From positions 525,379 through 589,378 of the forward strand of contig NW_002060956.1 in NCBI RefSeq assembly GCF_000150275.1: a DNA stretch of 64,000 nt, given 5' to 3'. The stretch is from Trichoplax adhaerens (taxonomy: Eukaryota; Animalia; Placozoa). The notes under the pieces were generated by a model. It was not told the DNA's origin. It saw nothing but the letters and a program-made list of their open reading frames with translations, and searched no databases. Below are positions 49,169 through 63,049 of this stretch, piece after piece (position 1 is the first letter of the stretch; each line of letters begins with the position of its first letter). The position numbers and the translations under genes are program-made.

Positions 49169-51661
49169 TTAAGATTTGTGCTCTTCTGCGTACTTCTTGA
49201 TATTGGGGAGATTTGCAACACGATCATACAATGCAGCTAATTTCGGGAATTGCGTTGCCATTTCTTCTCCATTAAGGATATTTTCCGTAAACTTAACAAA
49301 TCGGTAAAAGCCAATGTCGGCATATGTCAACTATTGCAAGAATGAAAATTTGGAACAGTATTAGATTTTAATTGGTACATAGGCAAATTAATTAAACAAT
49401 ATATTAAAGTTTCCATCAAGGTAATTCCTTTTACTTGACTATCATTTACGATATACTCACACTGCCAGTAAAGTATTCACCACCGGCCTGTTCTAGACGT
49501 TTTTCCAAAAATCCTAAACCTTTTGGAGCTTCTTCTTCAACAAATTTCTTTTTCAGTTCTGCTTTTTTATCTTCATCTTTCTCAACGAAAAGGAACTTGA
49601 TCATCTTTTCCTGAAGATCAGCTTGCAAAAAATCAACGATTTCATCTGCTAAAGCTTGTTCGAGGCTAGTTTTTCCGGCCAAGCCTGCAATTTTAATTAC
49701 AGGTTTATTTTACGCTGATTCTCAATGCACCTAATGGGCTACAATGCCTACTTCATTACCATATGAAATTACTTTAAGTCTAAACGATAATGCACTTGTA
49801 TCTTTAGTAACTAATCATCTTGTATGAATGAAAATAGACTTTAAATATTATTACTCTAGGCTACGTCATATTCGCTAGGATATAATCGATGTATGAACAA
49901 AGAAATATTAACTAAAATTTACCAGAAAAGCGCGCAGCAGCACGAGCAATAGCTGTACTTTGAACATAGACGTGGCCATCAACCTCTAAGATTGGTATTT
50001 GTTGGAAGGGAAACCTACCAGCTATAGTAAAAGAAGAAATTAATACAAATTTGTTAAAATTATTTTAATAGAAACTGTAAATTATGTCATTTTGTTTCTT
50101 TGCCGTACTCATGTTACTATACGTATATCGAAGGCAAGAAGGATGATCAGGCTTGACTGGTAGGAAATAATATGGGAGACGCTATGAACGATTCTCATTC
50201 TATAAATTGGTAAACTATCTTGTATGCTGAGTGCAAGAAAAATAACAGGTATACACTCGCATACTGTATAGAATTTCACATGGTTCTGTACCTCTTAATA
50301 ATATCATTGGGATTACTCAAAGTGATAAAGAATAGTTTATCACTGATAAGGATGTAAACGAAATTACTAAGCTTACAATCTGGAAACAAAATTAGAATGA
50401 ATAGTATTGCTATTACTAGTCACCAGCTTCACGAATAAGCATCGATATAACATTAATAGTGATTAATGAACTTTATAAGCGTTCATCATTTACGTCGTAT
50501 CATTTATCTGACTACAAATATCGCATGAAAGTATTTCCACCGCACACTAATACTGATCCTTACTAAATAGACATGAGCTTATCGATAGGAATTCCACATA
50601 CTCCCTACAGTTAAATCTATCTAATCCCATGCACAAAAAATTAATTTATTTAATTACTCTACTTTTCTGATCATAACTCGTTGCTTAGTAACGTTGAATG
50701 AAAAATCATCCAAACGTTACGTTTTACACCGTAATACGGTACAGTACTTTTTAAAGTTAAAGGGACTGTAGCCTTATGGACTGGTATAAGGTGTTGTACT
50801 GTATGATACCCTCTATAGCAATAATATTAAAGTTTGTATACCACACCAGGGCGCATTCCCTGACATAATTCTAGATAGTTAATGAGAACATCTACGGACA
50901 GATGCAAGTAGAATTTATTTGATATATTGCCATGATAGATGGAGTTAAAATTTTTTTTGCATGTACCGGATAATACTGTTATTCGATGTCTCTGTCCTTT
51001 ATTAACTTGGCTTTCATCATACAGTATATTAAAGCCCCATCTAGTAGATATTTTTTACTGCGTTACATCTCATTCTCGACTAAAAATTTTGCATTTAAGA
51101 GGAATGTATCCGCTGAAGATCGTAATGAGAGAGTTAGCAACTATCTAAAGCTAAACTTGTTTAACTAAATAATTGTTATCTAAATTACAGGATTAAACTA
51201 AATTTTATTCGATCTGCTACCTCTGCTCTGTTCTAGACTGATTATATAAACGTCAATTAAACGAACATAGATAACATTGCTGAATTCTGAAAAGCATTCT
51301 AGACAGTCACAGTACGTACTTTGCAAAATCACGAATAAATAAGGTGTATTGCAATGTCACTGCTTTTCTAAATTTAGTTATCTAATGCAAAATAAGATAA
51401 TTACTTTTACACAGACACTCAGTTGGTAAATGTAAGCAAAATTGGTGTGAAAAATATTAATTTGCAACTATCAAAAGGTTATTGAAACAAATTGGGCGAT
51501 AAGATGGAGTAATTAGATGAAAACTTACATGATTTAAGTTCTGGCCAGTCTTTTCCTTCAATTCTTTCATCCGTAAAATCTACGCCACCTTGTGCAAAGA
51601 TAAGACGGATAAGTTCAGCTCTGCCGGGGCCGTTGAAGTAGGTAAGTTTAATGGAAGGCAT
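49169..51661 (-). CDS. Glutathione S-transferase, sigma-like, copy 2 (4 exons, intact)
   Basis: MPSIKLTYFNGPGRAELIRLIFAQGG, FPFQQIPILEVDG, GLAGKTSLEQALADEI, LTYADIGFY..HKS*. Confidence 0.93.
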
Positions 51662-53820
51662 ATTTGGTGTGAGTTACAAGTACAATCTGCTGCAATAAAA
51701 ATAAAACAAGAGCAATCAAAGTAACACCGTCGAGAAAGAAGGCGTGTGGGCCAGATCAAATTTAATGCAGCGTCTTTATATTGTAGGTTGGCATTGTTCT
51801 ATCTTGCTGCGTAATGATGTTTGGTTGTCATTGTTCACACTCCATCCACCTTTTATTCCACTCATTTCATCATTTGTTTTCTACAGTGTCATATGACATC
51901 AGCAATTTTCAACCAATCGATTTCTTCCTCATTTAATGATATGTAAAGTCTGCAAAGTTAATAAATTATACATTCATATGAATATTGAGCTTTTATGATC
52001 AGTCATATTATTATACTTAAGTAGTATTATAGATCCAGTTAGAAATATTTAGCGATGTTGAAATCATAGCATGTATACGAGAATGCAATTTTGAGTAAAA
52101 GTTGAGATCAATCTTTCTGATGATGTTTAATAAATTGTAATGGAGACATACTGCCACATAGCGATGCCGATGATTTGAATATATAAAATAAGCCAATGCT
52201 GTAGCAAGATATAAGCTTGTGAATAATAGAGCTGAGCTATTTTTTGATACTGCATAACTTAAAATGTTTAGGATGCTTTATTTACAAATCCATGACAGGA
52301 TTCAGGTTGTCAGCAAATCAATATTATAAATAGTTGTACTGCATTGACATCGCTACAGCTGAGTATGGCCACAGTACAATATATGATATAAAAAAAATCC
52401 TGTACGATATTAAGATATCAGACGTAAGAAGCTGAAGTGATTTAATTTTCTTTGCTGTTAATATTGTCATAAGTGATTTGCTCACACAAATACCATAGAA
52501 GTAATGAGGTAGTTGTACGTGTATAGTATTACGATATTGCTGCTGAATATTAGTATTATTATAGAACAGGCATATGATACTATGGTTCAGGTAGTAATTA
52601 CGTAGTAGTATCCAGATAGAAGCTAAAATACTTTCTGTAAGCGTTACATGAAATACTCACTAATCTGCAATATCTTTTACATAAACAGTACTGTAATTAC
52701 TAAAGATCAGTAGGTAAAGATTGCAAAAGATTAATCGTAAAAATAAAATGGACTGTGCTATAATACAATACAATGTAAATGTAATAATAGTATTTTTGAT
52801 GATGGTCTTATGATTTATTTCTATAATATTATGCCGAATGAAAGACTTGATAAACAAATGCTTTAATTTCAATTTAATAATATTGTAGAATAAATTAGTC
52901 TCAGAAAATAATTCAGGATGCACATCTTTAAGATATATTATCTACTAATCAAGCGATATCAGTCGGCTAGCATTTGAATATAGTAAAATAAAAACCTTTA
53001 AGCGATAAGTAGCTCAACTGAACGGTGCTTTACTCTTCTAGTAATTATTAGTAACCTATAAATAATCTCGTTCTAATCCTATCAAGACAAAACCTTTGCA
53101 GTAACTGTTAACTAAATACAGATTGAAGCTACCTGATTAGCTGTACTTTAAGTAAGTAACTGAATTTATTTTAACTACGTTACGTTCAATATGTGGAGAA
53201 ATACAAAGTAATTCTTAATGTAACTGTATTTTACGTTGTTTATCTGCGTTAAGTTGGCTCAATGTATGTATCATTTTAAGTCTATTTTCGATTTTGCAAT
53301 AATGGCCAATGGCTTCTTCTGTGCATTACAGGAAAGATATGCTAATACTGAGAAACGTAGATTTGACCTACTAAGAATGAGAATCAAGTAGCCGCTTGAT
53401 TTATATTATGTCATTAATATGCACGTAGACCCTAAAAGAAAGTAATTACAGAGCCGTGATCATCATTATGGTCACAGAGCTGTACATTATTGGTTTTCAA
53501 TATCCATTAATATTTTACGTGACAAGTTGCAAAGGTGGAATGCAGAATAAAATCTAGGTATTATAATTGATCTCATCATTTTTTAATTAGTTAATAAGCT
53601 ATTGCCTTATATCGAAGCAGTAATTTATTGGAATATTTTTAATTTAATTTAACTCCTTGTAATACACGTAAATTCTAAGACCGTCTTTTTACGCAAAAAT
53701 CTGAACGTATAGTGGCGGTAAAATGTAAGCGAAACATAATCTATAGCTGTAGCTGTAACTGCCTGCAAGATTTTTATGCATGAGGGACTGTGCGATCAGT
53801 AGGTATGTGACAAAACTTAT

Positions 53821-53953
53821 AAGCTTTTACTTGTTCCTAACCTTTCCCATCAATTCTTTCATCAACGTATTCCACCCCATCTTGAGCAAAGATGGAACGG
53901 ATAATTTCAGCTCTACCGGTGGCATTGAAGTAGTTGAGTTTAATGAAAGGCAT
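53821..53953 (-). pseudogene. Orphan GST exon 1 pseudogene
   Basis: [43 protein letters not shown]. Same 133-nt length as the other exon 1s; conserved Trp is TAG (53837-53839); donor mutated to ATAAGT; no exons 2-4 seen downstream. Confidence 0.88.
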
Positions 53954-55018
53954 ATTCGATATAAATTAAATGTAATAAAAATATAAGTAGAAGTAAAGTA
54001 ATGCGATGAAATAATACCTTTATAGCGCATACGTAAGAGCTAGATTACGGGTAAGCTAGAATTTTTATACAAGATGTGATATCTTGTTGGGTGGTAATAT
54101 TTGGCTATCATTGTGCCCTCTCATTCTGCCTTTTTTGTTCTGTTCATTTTATTGGTTGTTACCTATAGATATAGTATACGACATCAGCAATTCGATCAGG
54201 GAATTTGCCTCTTATTTTATTTCAATAAGGCTTAGGTTGCTGCCTTTACGCGGTGAACTGATAACAATTTGGTAATCGATTTTATTTAGTGCATGTATGG
54301 ACATAGAGAATTAATAAAACTGATGCAATGATGTTGTATTGTACAGTCACGAATATCCTATTTAAATGCAGAATAACGATTAATTGATATTGAGATCATG
54401 CATCAGTTAAACAGTTAAAATACCGGATACAATTATGCAGGTAACCCAGCAAATTAAAGTAAAGAGAGCAGTTATCATACTTTATAGTATGCTGTATATG
54501 TAATTGCTCCATATATAACAGTAGTGACTAATCCAATTCAAGTTTAATTATTAAAATAATATTGAAGTACCTTACTGCTAGTGCATTCTAAATCGTTCGT
54601 TACGAAGTTTAATAGCATCGATGTAGGCTATTCTAGTGAATCTAAGACATTCTGGACTATTATCGCAGAGTATTATGGTGCAGTAAGGATAGTATACAAC
54701 AAAAAATGCGATTACGGCTGTACAATATACGTATATGCTAGTTAATTAACTAGCTTACCCTCTCTACTCTATATGCCGTCAAAAATACTGTATATTAACA
54801 GATATTATAGACTGGCGATGTACAGGCTGTCAGATAAAATAAAAGGAGTGTATGATAATGCTTTGGGAGGATCTTCGCGATAAAAGGCAGTACTACGCCA
54901 TTAGTCTAGAACATTATAGTAGTATATATAAATGTCATATACGAGTACAATAGATAGTAAAAGAAGACAGTGAGTCAGCAGAAATGTACAATAAACATAA
55001 AGTACTGTATACTGTAGG

Positions 55019-55205
55019 GTGTGTTTATTTTATTTTCAGATTACCAAAATCCTTCTCGAGGTGCTTTAAATAATGTAAAAGACCTCTAAATTTCATACCA
55101 GTGTGTAAACCATTACCTACGGGTACATACAATATTTAATATGACTATTACTTAATATAGTCTGTTTAATTTATGAACAAGATTGTGAAAATAAAATAAA
55201 CACAC
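55019..55205. mobile_element. MITE-like element (187 bp) with perfect 20-bp terminal inverted repeats
   Basis: GTGTGTTTATTTTATTTTCA (55019-55038) / TGAAAATAAAATAAACACAC (55186-55205). No ORF; target-site duplication not clear. Confidence 0.55.
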
Positions 55206-56867
55206 TGAGTATGTGTATATACAGTATATACATCTAGTACTACATACTGTACACAGTGTACATCTAAGGGTCTCTAGTGTACAGTATACAACGTAGAGCA
55301 AACAAAACGCCATATTATTCCTAGTTAATAGTGATAGCTATCCACATACAGTACAGATATTGTACTAAATATACGTATAGCGACAAAAATGTTATTAACT
55401 GTCAAAGCTATTCTTATAAAGTTCAGTATGCTGTAATTCTATAAATCGGGAATGATAGATGTTATTATGGCGCAATGCGATGTTTGAGTACTACTATTAT
55501 ATTTTACTCGAGATGTCACGCCCTTGGTTTGAACAGTATTCCTTCCTCAAGCTTTATATTAAAAATGTAAAATTTTATCATAGCATTCGAATTCAAATCT
55601 GATACTACGTATGATATCATCGAAGTTAGCCTACAATATAGTAAAAAATTTTGAAATGCCGAATTTTGCAAATCATCCAGATAATGTATACTGTACCTGC
55701 ACTTTACTGTATGCCGTATTACTCGTATACTGCATAGAACGTTAATTATACAAAAATTCCACGCTATTCGCAATTGAAAAATTTGAAGGAATTCACTGCT
55801 ATGCAGCACTGATTGTATCATAAATCATATAGTAGGCATATGTTGGCGGATGTTGTGAAATTCGAACAATTGCAAAGGTCCTATGGTCCGAATTTCGCGA
55901 GCGTCGGCTAACATTTATTGTGTATGTACATTGTACGGTAATAATTGTCTACATAAATATGATAATAATCGTATTAATTGAGCGTAATATATGTATCGTG
56001 GAAGTTCTATTTTATTTATCAATCATATAATTTCTTCATTGCAATGAAAAGTAATATCTATCATAAGATCACTCAATTAGCACAATATTACCTTGTATGA
56101 ATAATTCTATAGTATTATAACATAATTATAATGTTCGTTATTACTTTTATATTAACTAATAAAACCTAATGATCTTCATGGCTGCATTTCATCTTAACTT
56201 CACTTTTTTAATTACAGTTTCTGATTGTTAAAGAATCGCAATCGTCGTCTACTATTTGTCTACACATGTATACAGCATTAGATGATAATCCAATCCTGTT
56301 CTCATCGGTAATTTTATTAATACCGCTTGTAATATACTAAAGTTAGAATTATAGTCGGCGTTAAGTAGAAATTTTAGCGCTTTTCATTTGTAACGTGATA
56401 GTTTTCAAGTTATAACTTGCTCTTTCGTGAGTACAATATCTTTATGCCTCAAACTTACTGAAGGAAAAGGTTGCACTCGATCAGCATTATCGACTTTTGG
56501 CTATGTACGTATATTGGGTAGTACTATAATATCCTTCAAGCCCATTACTAAGGAGATACATTTAGATATTTTTATAATAATACAACATGAACCTTTATCA
56601 ATCTCAAATATTCAACTAACGTTTTCTTCTACTTGCGTTATAATTTGTTATAATTTACTGTTTACAGATACACGTACAATCGTACGATAGCTACATGAAG
56701 CTTACTCCTGAGTAGCCTGACTTTCTACATTGAACATATTTATATGGATATATTATATATATATATTTATACATGTTGGGTAGTTAAATAATACACCACA
56801 ATAAAGTGACTATCACCCAAAAAATTTTAAATATAAGTTGATTCCAATACCAAATGATTTGAATGAT

Positions 56868-58717
56868 CTAAAAAGGTACATGATTTTTCGGTTTACTTTC
56901 TTCCCACTTCCTTATATTTGGAAGGTTGGCAATTCTTTGGTACAAAGCAGTTAATTTGGGGAATTTCTTAGCTGCCTCTTCGAAGTTAAAAAAGTCTTTG
57001 ACAACATTAGCGAATCGATAGAAGGCTATATCGGCATAGGTTAACTGTTGATATAAAATGAAATAGAATTAGCTGCCGACTGATGATCATATTTTGCCCA
57101 TAAAGAATTCCTAGTTGTTTCGTTAGGTTATAATGGCCTACTGTATTCATATTTAACCTGCTACCACATGATACCATTTATCCAGCTCACTTACTTTACC
57201 CGTAAAATATTCTCCTCCGTTTTCAATTAACATATTTTCAAACTTTTCCAAATGGAATGGAATAGCTTCTTCAAAGCACTCATGCCATTTCTCTGCTTTT
57301 TTTAATTCTTCATCTTCCAGCATATACTGAATATACTGATTAAGAAGATCACTTAACAAATATTCTGCAATTTGATCAGCTTTTGCTTGTTCCAAACTAG
57401 TTTTTCCCGCTAGTCCTATATGAAGGAAATTGCATGCAAAAGTATTAATTGCTAACTAGAAGAATGACATTATAGAGTGTAAAAGGTCATTATGAATTAT
57501 GTTGAATTCAAGAATGAGTATACAGTATAAGTATAAGCTGTACTTGTAAATTAATGAATGACAATTACAATACACTGATGATAGTATGCATTTGATATAA
57601 CTTACCTCCCATACGAGCAATGTATCGAGCTATAGTTGCACTTTGACATATTGTATGGCCATCTACTTCTAACACCGGCAAAACTTCAAATGGAATTTTT
57701 CCGCCTGCATGATAACACGGAAAATTATTCATGCTAGATGACCACACCGGTAATACACTTACGGTTTTAATTTATAGCTAAACATATCACTTCCTCTTTT
57801 AAGGAGATAAATGTAGCAAGTAAGCTATCTACTCCATTTCTATCGAGTTTTTTTTGTTAGAAATCAATAACAAAAATTTTACTTAAAGATTTTATTGGTA
57901 TAGGCTGCCGATAAATAAAAGTAATCAATAAACTAAATGCAAATACGTAAATGTAAAAGAATTGGCTTAAATGCCGAATGTTAAATTTTTGACTGGATTA
58001 TAATGACTTGAAATTCTTTGATTCGTTATGTAATCTATAGGCTAAAGAGATTTTCTAGTTTATTTATGAATCTTTAAAAATTTCTATGATTCATGAAGCT
58101 AACCTTCCACTGGGAATGATAATTGCCCTTAAGGCATAACAGTTCAAAGCTATAACCGTCGATCTTAATTGCATAGCATCAAATTACGACTATCAGAAGT
58201 ATTTTCACTAGCGTATGCTATTACTTAACCCTTATAGTTTAAGAAATGTGAATCGGTAGTCTTTTAAACTATGTATTATTCAGAAATTGAAAGTGGTAGC
58301 GTAGTATCTGATAAGAGTGTTGAAATCTATTCTTAACTCCATTCTTTTAACGAAACATTTAACTTAATCGATACGAAAAATTAACTGGCAACTTGAAAAT
58401 GATTCAGTTCAATCTTTACCATTAAGCACGTATAAAATTTCATTCGATCGCATCATTTCATTTAAAATATTACCGTACTAATATCAGCGAGACTTTATCT
58501 TAATCGGGTTAAGTCTTCTAAGGTCAACCATCACAAAAACTGCAGTGATGCTTTATCTTTACAAGTCGCAATGAATAAACTTACTTTTTCTCAGTGTGGG
58601 CCAATCTTCTACTTGAATTCTTTCGTCTTTGTATTTAATATCACTCTCTGCAAGGATTAATCTTATAACTTCTGCTCTTCCTTCGCCGTCAAAATAATAT
58701 AATTTTATATTTGGCAT
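56868..58717 (-). CDS. Glutathione S-transferase, sigma-like, copy 3 (4 exons, intact)
   Basis: MPNIKLYYFDGEGRAEVIRLILAE, IPFEVLPVLEVDGHTICQSATIARY, GLAGKTSLEQAKADQI, LTYADIAFY..HVPF*. Confidence 0.93.
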
Positions 58718-60990
58718 TATGAGCAATTACTAAAATATATGTTTTCGATAAATTTCATCGAATTAGGGATCGAGAAATATTACAATATACTACACGGACT
58801 AGCGTTATATCTACCAGACAGCAAAAGGGAAGATTAAAAAAATACCAATACAATCTATGATTTATCGATAGTAGATATTAATACAGGCGTAACAAGCCGA
58901 AAAATTATTGGATAGTCTTTCATTAGACTCGATGAGTATTTGATGAAGATACAATACCAAATTATTACTGTAAATTCATCAAATCTTTTAGACTTTTGTA
59001 CTTCTTTATAATTCTAGGTTAGTTACTATAGTAACCGACATTTTTCGATAGTGATAATCAATAGAGTAGAGCACATAAGAGATACCCAGCTAACACAACA
59101 ATAGAAAGTACCCATTTGATAACAAAAAATGATATATAACATTTACTATGAACTTTATGGCTCTTTTTTATTAATAATTATGGGCTCTTGAGAAAAGATG
59201 TATAATTATAAATCTATTAAAATATTTAAAAGATAACTGATTGCAAGGTATACTGTAAGAAGCAAATATTTAAGATATACTAGTACATTTGGTTATTGTA
59301 GTACCTAAATATAAACTTTAGGCATTGAATATCTCTGAAATATCGTGTCTTGCATCTGAATATGTACCTCGTAAACATATGCTGAGTTATAAACATGATC
59401 ATAGTATAATAAGGTACTGCAGTAATCGTAATACCGGTATATTGTAACATCTTGATTTATCGTCGAATATTGAATCCTATAAAGGTGATCTCGACGGTTG
59501 TCAAGATTGTCAAATTATTGTAGTCGATATGCAAATAGCCTCAGTATAAGTACTGTTATTAATTCTCTTAACTCAAGCTATCATTATAGTGCATTATGAG
59601 AGATTCCATACTGAACGAGTCACATGGTTATCATAGGTAGTAAACTGATGAATGAGCAAATACGCGAATTAAAATACTTGCTAGTAAAACTGTACTAATG
59701 TTGTTATAAATCTAATACTATCTATCTCTTTAACAGGGTAGAATATAAATGTCTTTAAAATAAAATGCTGCATGAATTGCGCCAGCACTATAATACATAT
59801 GTGTTTCAGTTTGTAGTTAAATAAATACTTATGCCGCGAAGGGCATTAGTTGATGATAATTCTATGATATCAGGTATAGCATTTTCCTGATTTGCGTATA
59901 CATAAATTTATTTAATTCATCATTCAGTGATATTTCGTGCTATGCAAAATTCCAATTATTAGTTGACGATACACGGTCTATTACGATAATACCCACATAA
60001 AAATAAATTAAACTCGCACATTATCACAGTTTATTGATATTTGGTATCACTTTGCCATTAATCTAATGTTTATAAATAACATACAGTAGTTACGAAGCTA
60101 GGCAAAACTATTTATTACTGTTGTAAGGATTGATAGGGATCTACCCGCATATTGAAGTGATCATATTACCAGTATAGATTAAAGTTTGGTGGTTTCTCTT
60201 ATTTGAATGTTAGCATTCAGTAATCTTGTCAGTCAATTGCTGGTGTCGCACTGATGTGTGCTATCTAAGCGAATATTATCATATCATCAGAAAAGCTCTC
60301 GTGCATCTTGTAATTAATGGAAATATTCTTGATAATGTTTTAATGTCAGTGTTTAATTCAACACATTTCAGCTCCATTGCCTATCATATACTGTATATTC
60401 CGACAATTAAAATACATGTTTGCCGGATGCAAACTGGGCTAAATGATACTGTACACCGTACAGTATTGCACTCATCATTATTTTTAACTTAAAGGGTAAA
60501 GCAGTAAATAGCTGAACTAAGAAAATTAAATCCACAGAGTACGGCACTAAGAAAGGCAACTTAGCCTCTCTAAAGATTTCCTACCAGTTTGATTTCATAG
60601 CTAAATACTTGTTTTAATGTTCTTTTTTTATTATTAAGATCAAATCTGCTACGAATATAGCAATTTCTAAAATATTTCTTATACAACATAATTTAGTTAG
60701 TAGGATTTTATCAGTTTTTTCCGTTTTAGTTTCTGAGATACTACTAATCTACGATATTATAATATCAAGATCTTAAGTAAAAAAGTTACCGGTATACTTT
60801 AAAAATGTACCTAATTACGATATTCTTTGTTTACGATTAGTGCTATAGAAGAATGATTGTAATAGTAAAATTAATCAAGTAAATTCTACAAATTACGATC
60901 ATCTTTAATTTCGTAAAACAAATAATTGAATTGATAACATGCACTGTTGCAATACTTTGCCAGAGCTATGCACGAGATACTATTATTTAA

Positions 60991-63049
60991 CTAAAAAGGA
61001 GTATTTGGCTTTCTGCTTTCCCAGTCTTTAATACCTGGTATCTCTTTAACTCGAGAGTATAGTCCTGTCAAAAGGGGATACTTTTCTGGCTGTGGCTTTA
61101 GGTCGAGTGATGATATACCAACACTGATAAAGCGATAGAATGCTATATCGGCATAAGTAAGCTAAGAATGAAAACGAAAATTTTATTATTAAGATGATAA
61201 ATGGGCCTAAGAATTTTAAAATTTTGCCTCCAAAACAGTCAAGGTATGAACTATTTAAGAGCTTACAGAGCCAGCGAAATATTGTCCGCCATTTTCTTGC
61301 AGGATTTTCTCTAATTTGCCAAGGTAAAAGGGAATAATTTCAGTTGTATATGTAGTTTTTATTTGTTCTTTTTTAGTTTCATCTTTTTCGAATGTGAATG
61401 CAATAAATTTATCCAATAAATCATGCAAGAAGCAATCGGCCACTTGATCGGCAACAGCTTGTTCTATGCTGGTTTTACCAGCTAAACCTAAATAATACCG
61501 GAATAAATTACTTTGAGCTTATGATTACCATGTAATGGGTAGATTTGATAGCTATAACAAATGGATTTCTTTAAGTACAGTAATTTATTTATTTTATTTG
61601 CTATGTTACAAAGCATTACTAGAAATAATTAGATATGTCCTACTGGAATGCATTAATTCAAGTAATATTATCGATACCTGCTAGGCGTGCGGCAAATCTG
61701 GCAATAGTAGCACTCTGACCAATAAGGCGACCATCGACTTCTAAAACCGGCAATTGATCAAATGGGAACTTGCCACCTGTAGTAAAATTTGGGAATTACC
61801 TTCCAGTTGATTAAGATATAGAAAATATTTGCAATAACACAATACTTGTACTGCTTGATAATTCTCGTTTTTACAACTATAAATTGAAAGCATTAGGATG
61901 CAAGTTCTCATTACAAAACTAGTGACAAATCTCTATTTGCAATCAGTTATTTTTTAAATTTGAGCCATAATCAAAATAATTTCTAAAGTTCTTTTAACTA
62001 GTTTAAGTAAATAGGTATGAAGATTCTGGGTATTAGTGATTCTTTAATTAATGGCGATGATTATAAATTACATGAGTTTTTTAAATAACAATAATCATAG
62101 CCTAGGATACTTTTCACATTGGCCTTATATTACGCATATTTTCATCAATATCAAGCAAGCTTCAGAAATTGCTTAGTCGATTTTAGCTATCAGTTACTAC
62201 CTCATCTGGGAGAAGAGAACAAATACATATATAAATATAACTCTACCCTAGGATGAATAATGCTTTCATGCATAGGGGAGGTCTAACACAAGAGACATCT
62301 TATTAAAATTCGATATATTGCATAAGGACAATAAAACTTGAAGCTTCCATTAGGCAATTCCAGTGCAAGTATGTAAAACTGTAACTGTAGCGACTAAACC
62401 TGTATGTTGTTATGTAGTGGTCGAAACCTTTATGCAATGCTACTTAAGTTAGATGTTACTGTTACTACCTGATTTATTTATATACGTTTAGCAAATTTTC
62501 ACAATTTGTTACATCAGTAAAAGGAGTGAATTGTTTCTGAAACAGTGTTAGTCTATATTCTGCCAATTTTAATTACTCTAACAGATTACTTGATTAATTA
62601 TAAGATGAAATGCTATCGTCTACAAATATGGGTAAAATTACGATTTTAGAATGACTTTCAATATTAATTTTATACTGACAAATTATGTACAACTGTACAC
62701 TTCATAATAATGATAAAATTAGATTATCTAAGTGTATGCTGGATATGTACTGTAGGCCTTTTTTATGATCGATACTGGTGAAAAAGAAGCAAAAGTGAAT
62801 TCTTGTTCCTATTGTACAGCAAGTTATCTTATTTAGAGGATAGACTACTTTGCAGCTTGTGCAATTTGATAAAATAAGTTGTCATATTAGAATAAAGTAT
62901 AGATTATGGGACTTACTGGCTTTTAACGTAGGCCAATTTTCTTGTTCATATCTCAAATCTTTATAATCAACTCCTCCAGCGGCAAAAATTAGCCTAATAG
63001 TCTCTCCTCTAGCTGCTAAATTGAAATAGTGCAATGTAATGGCAGGCAT
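60991..63049 (-). CDS. Glutathione S-transferase, sigma-like, copy 4 (4 exons, intact)
   Basis: MPAITLHYFNLAARGETIRLIFAAGG, FPFDQLPVLEVDGRLIGQSATIARF, GLAGKTSIEQAVADQV, LTYADIAFY..KPNTPF*. Confidence 0.93.
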
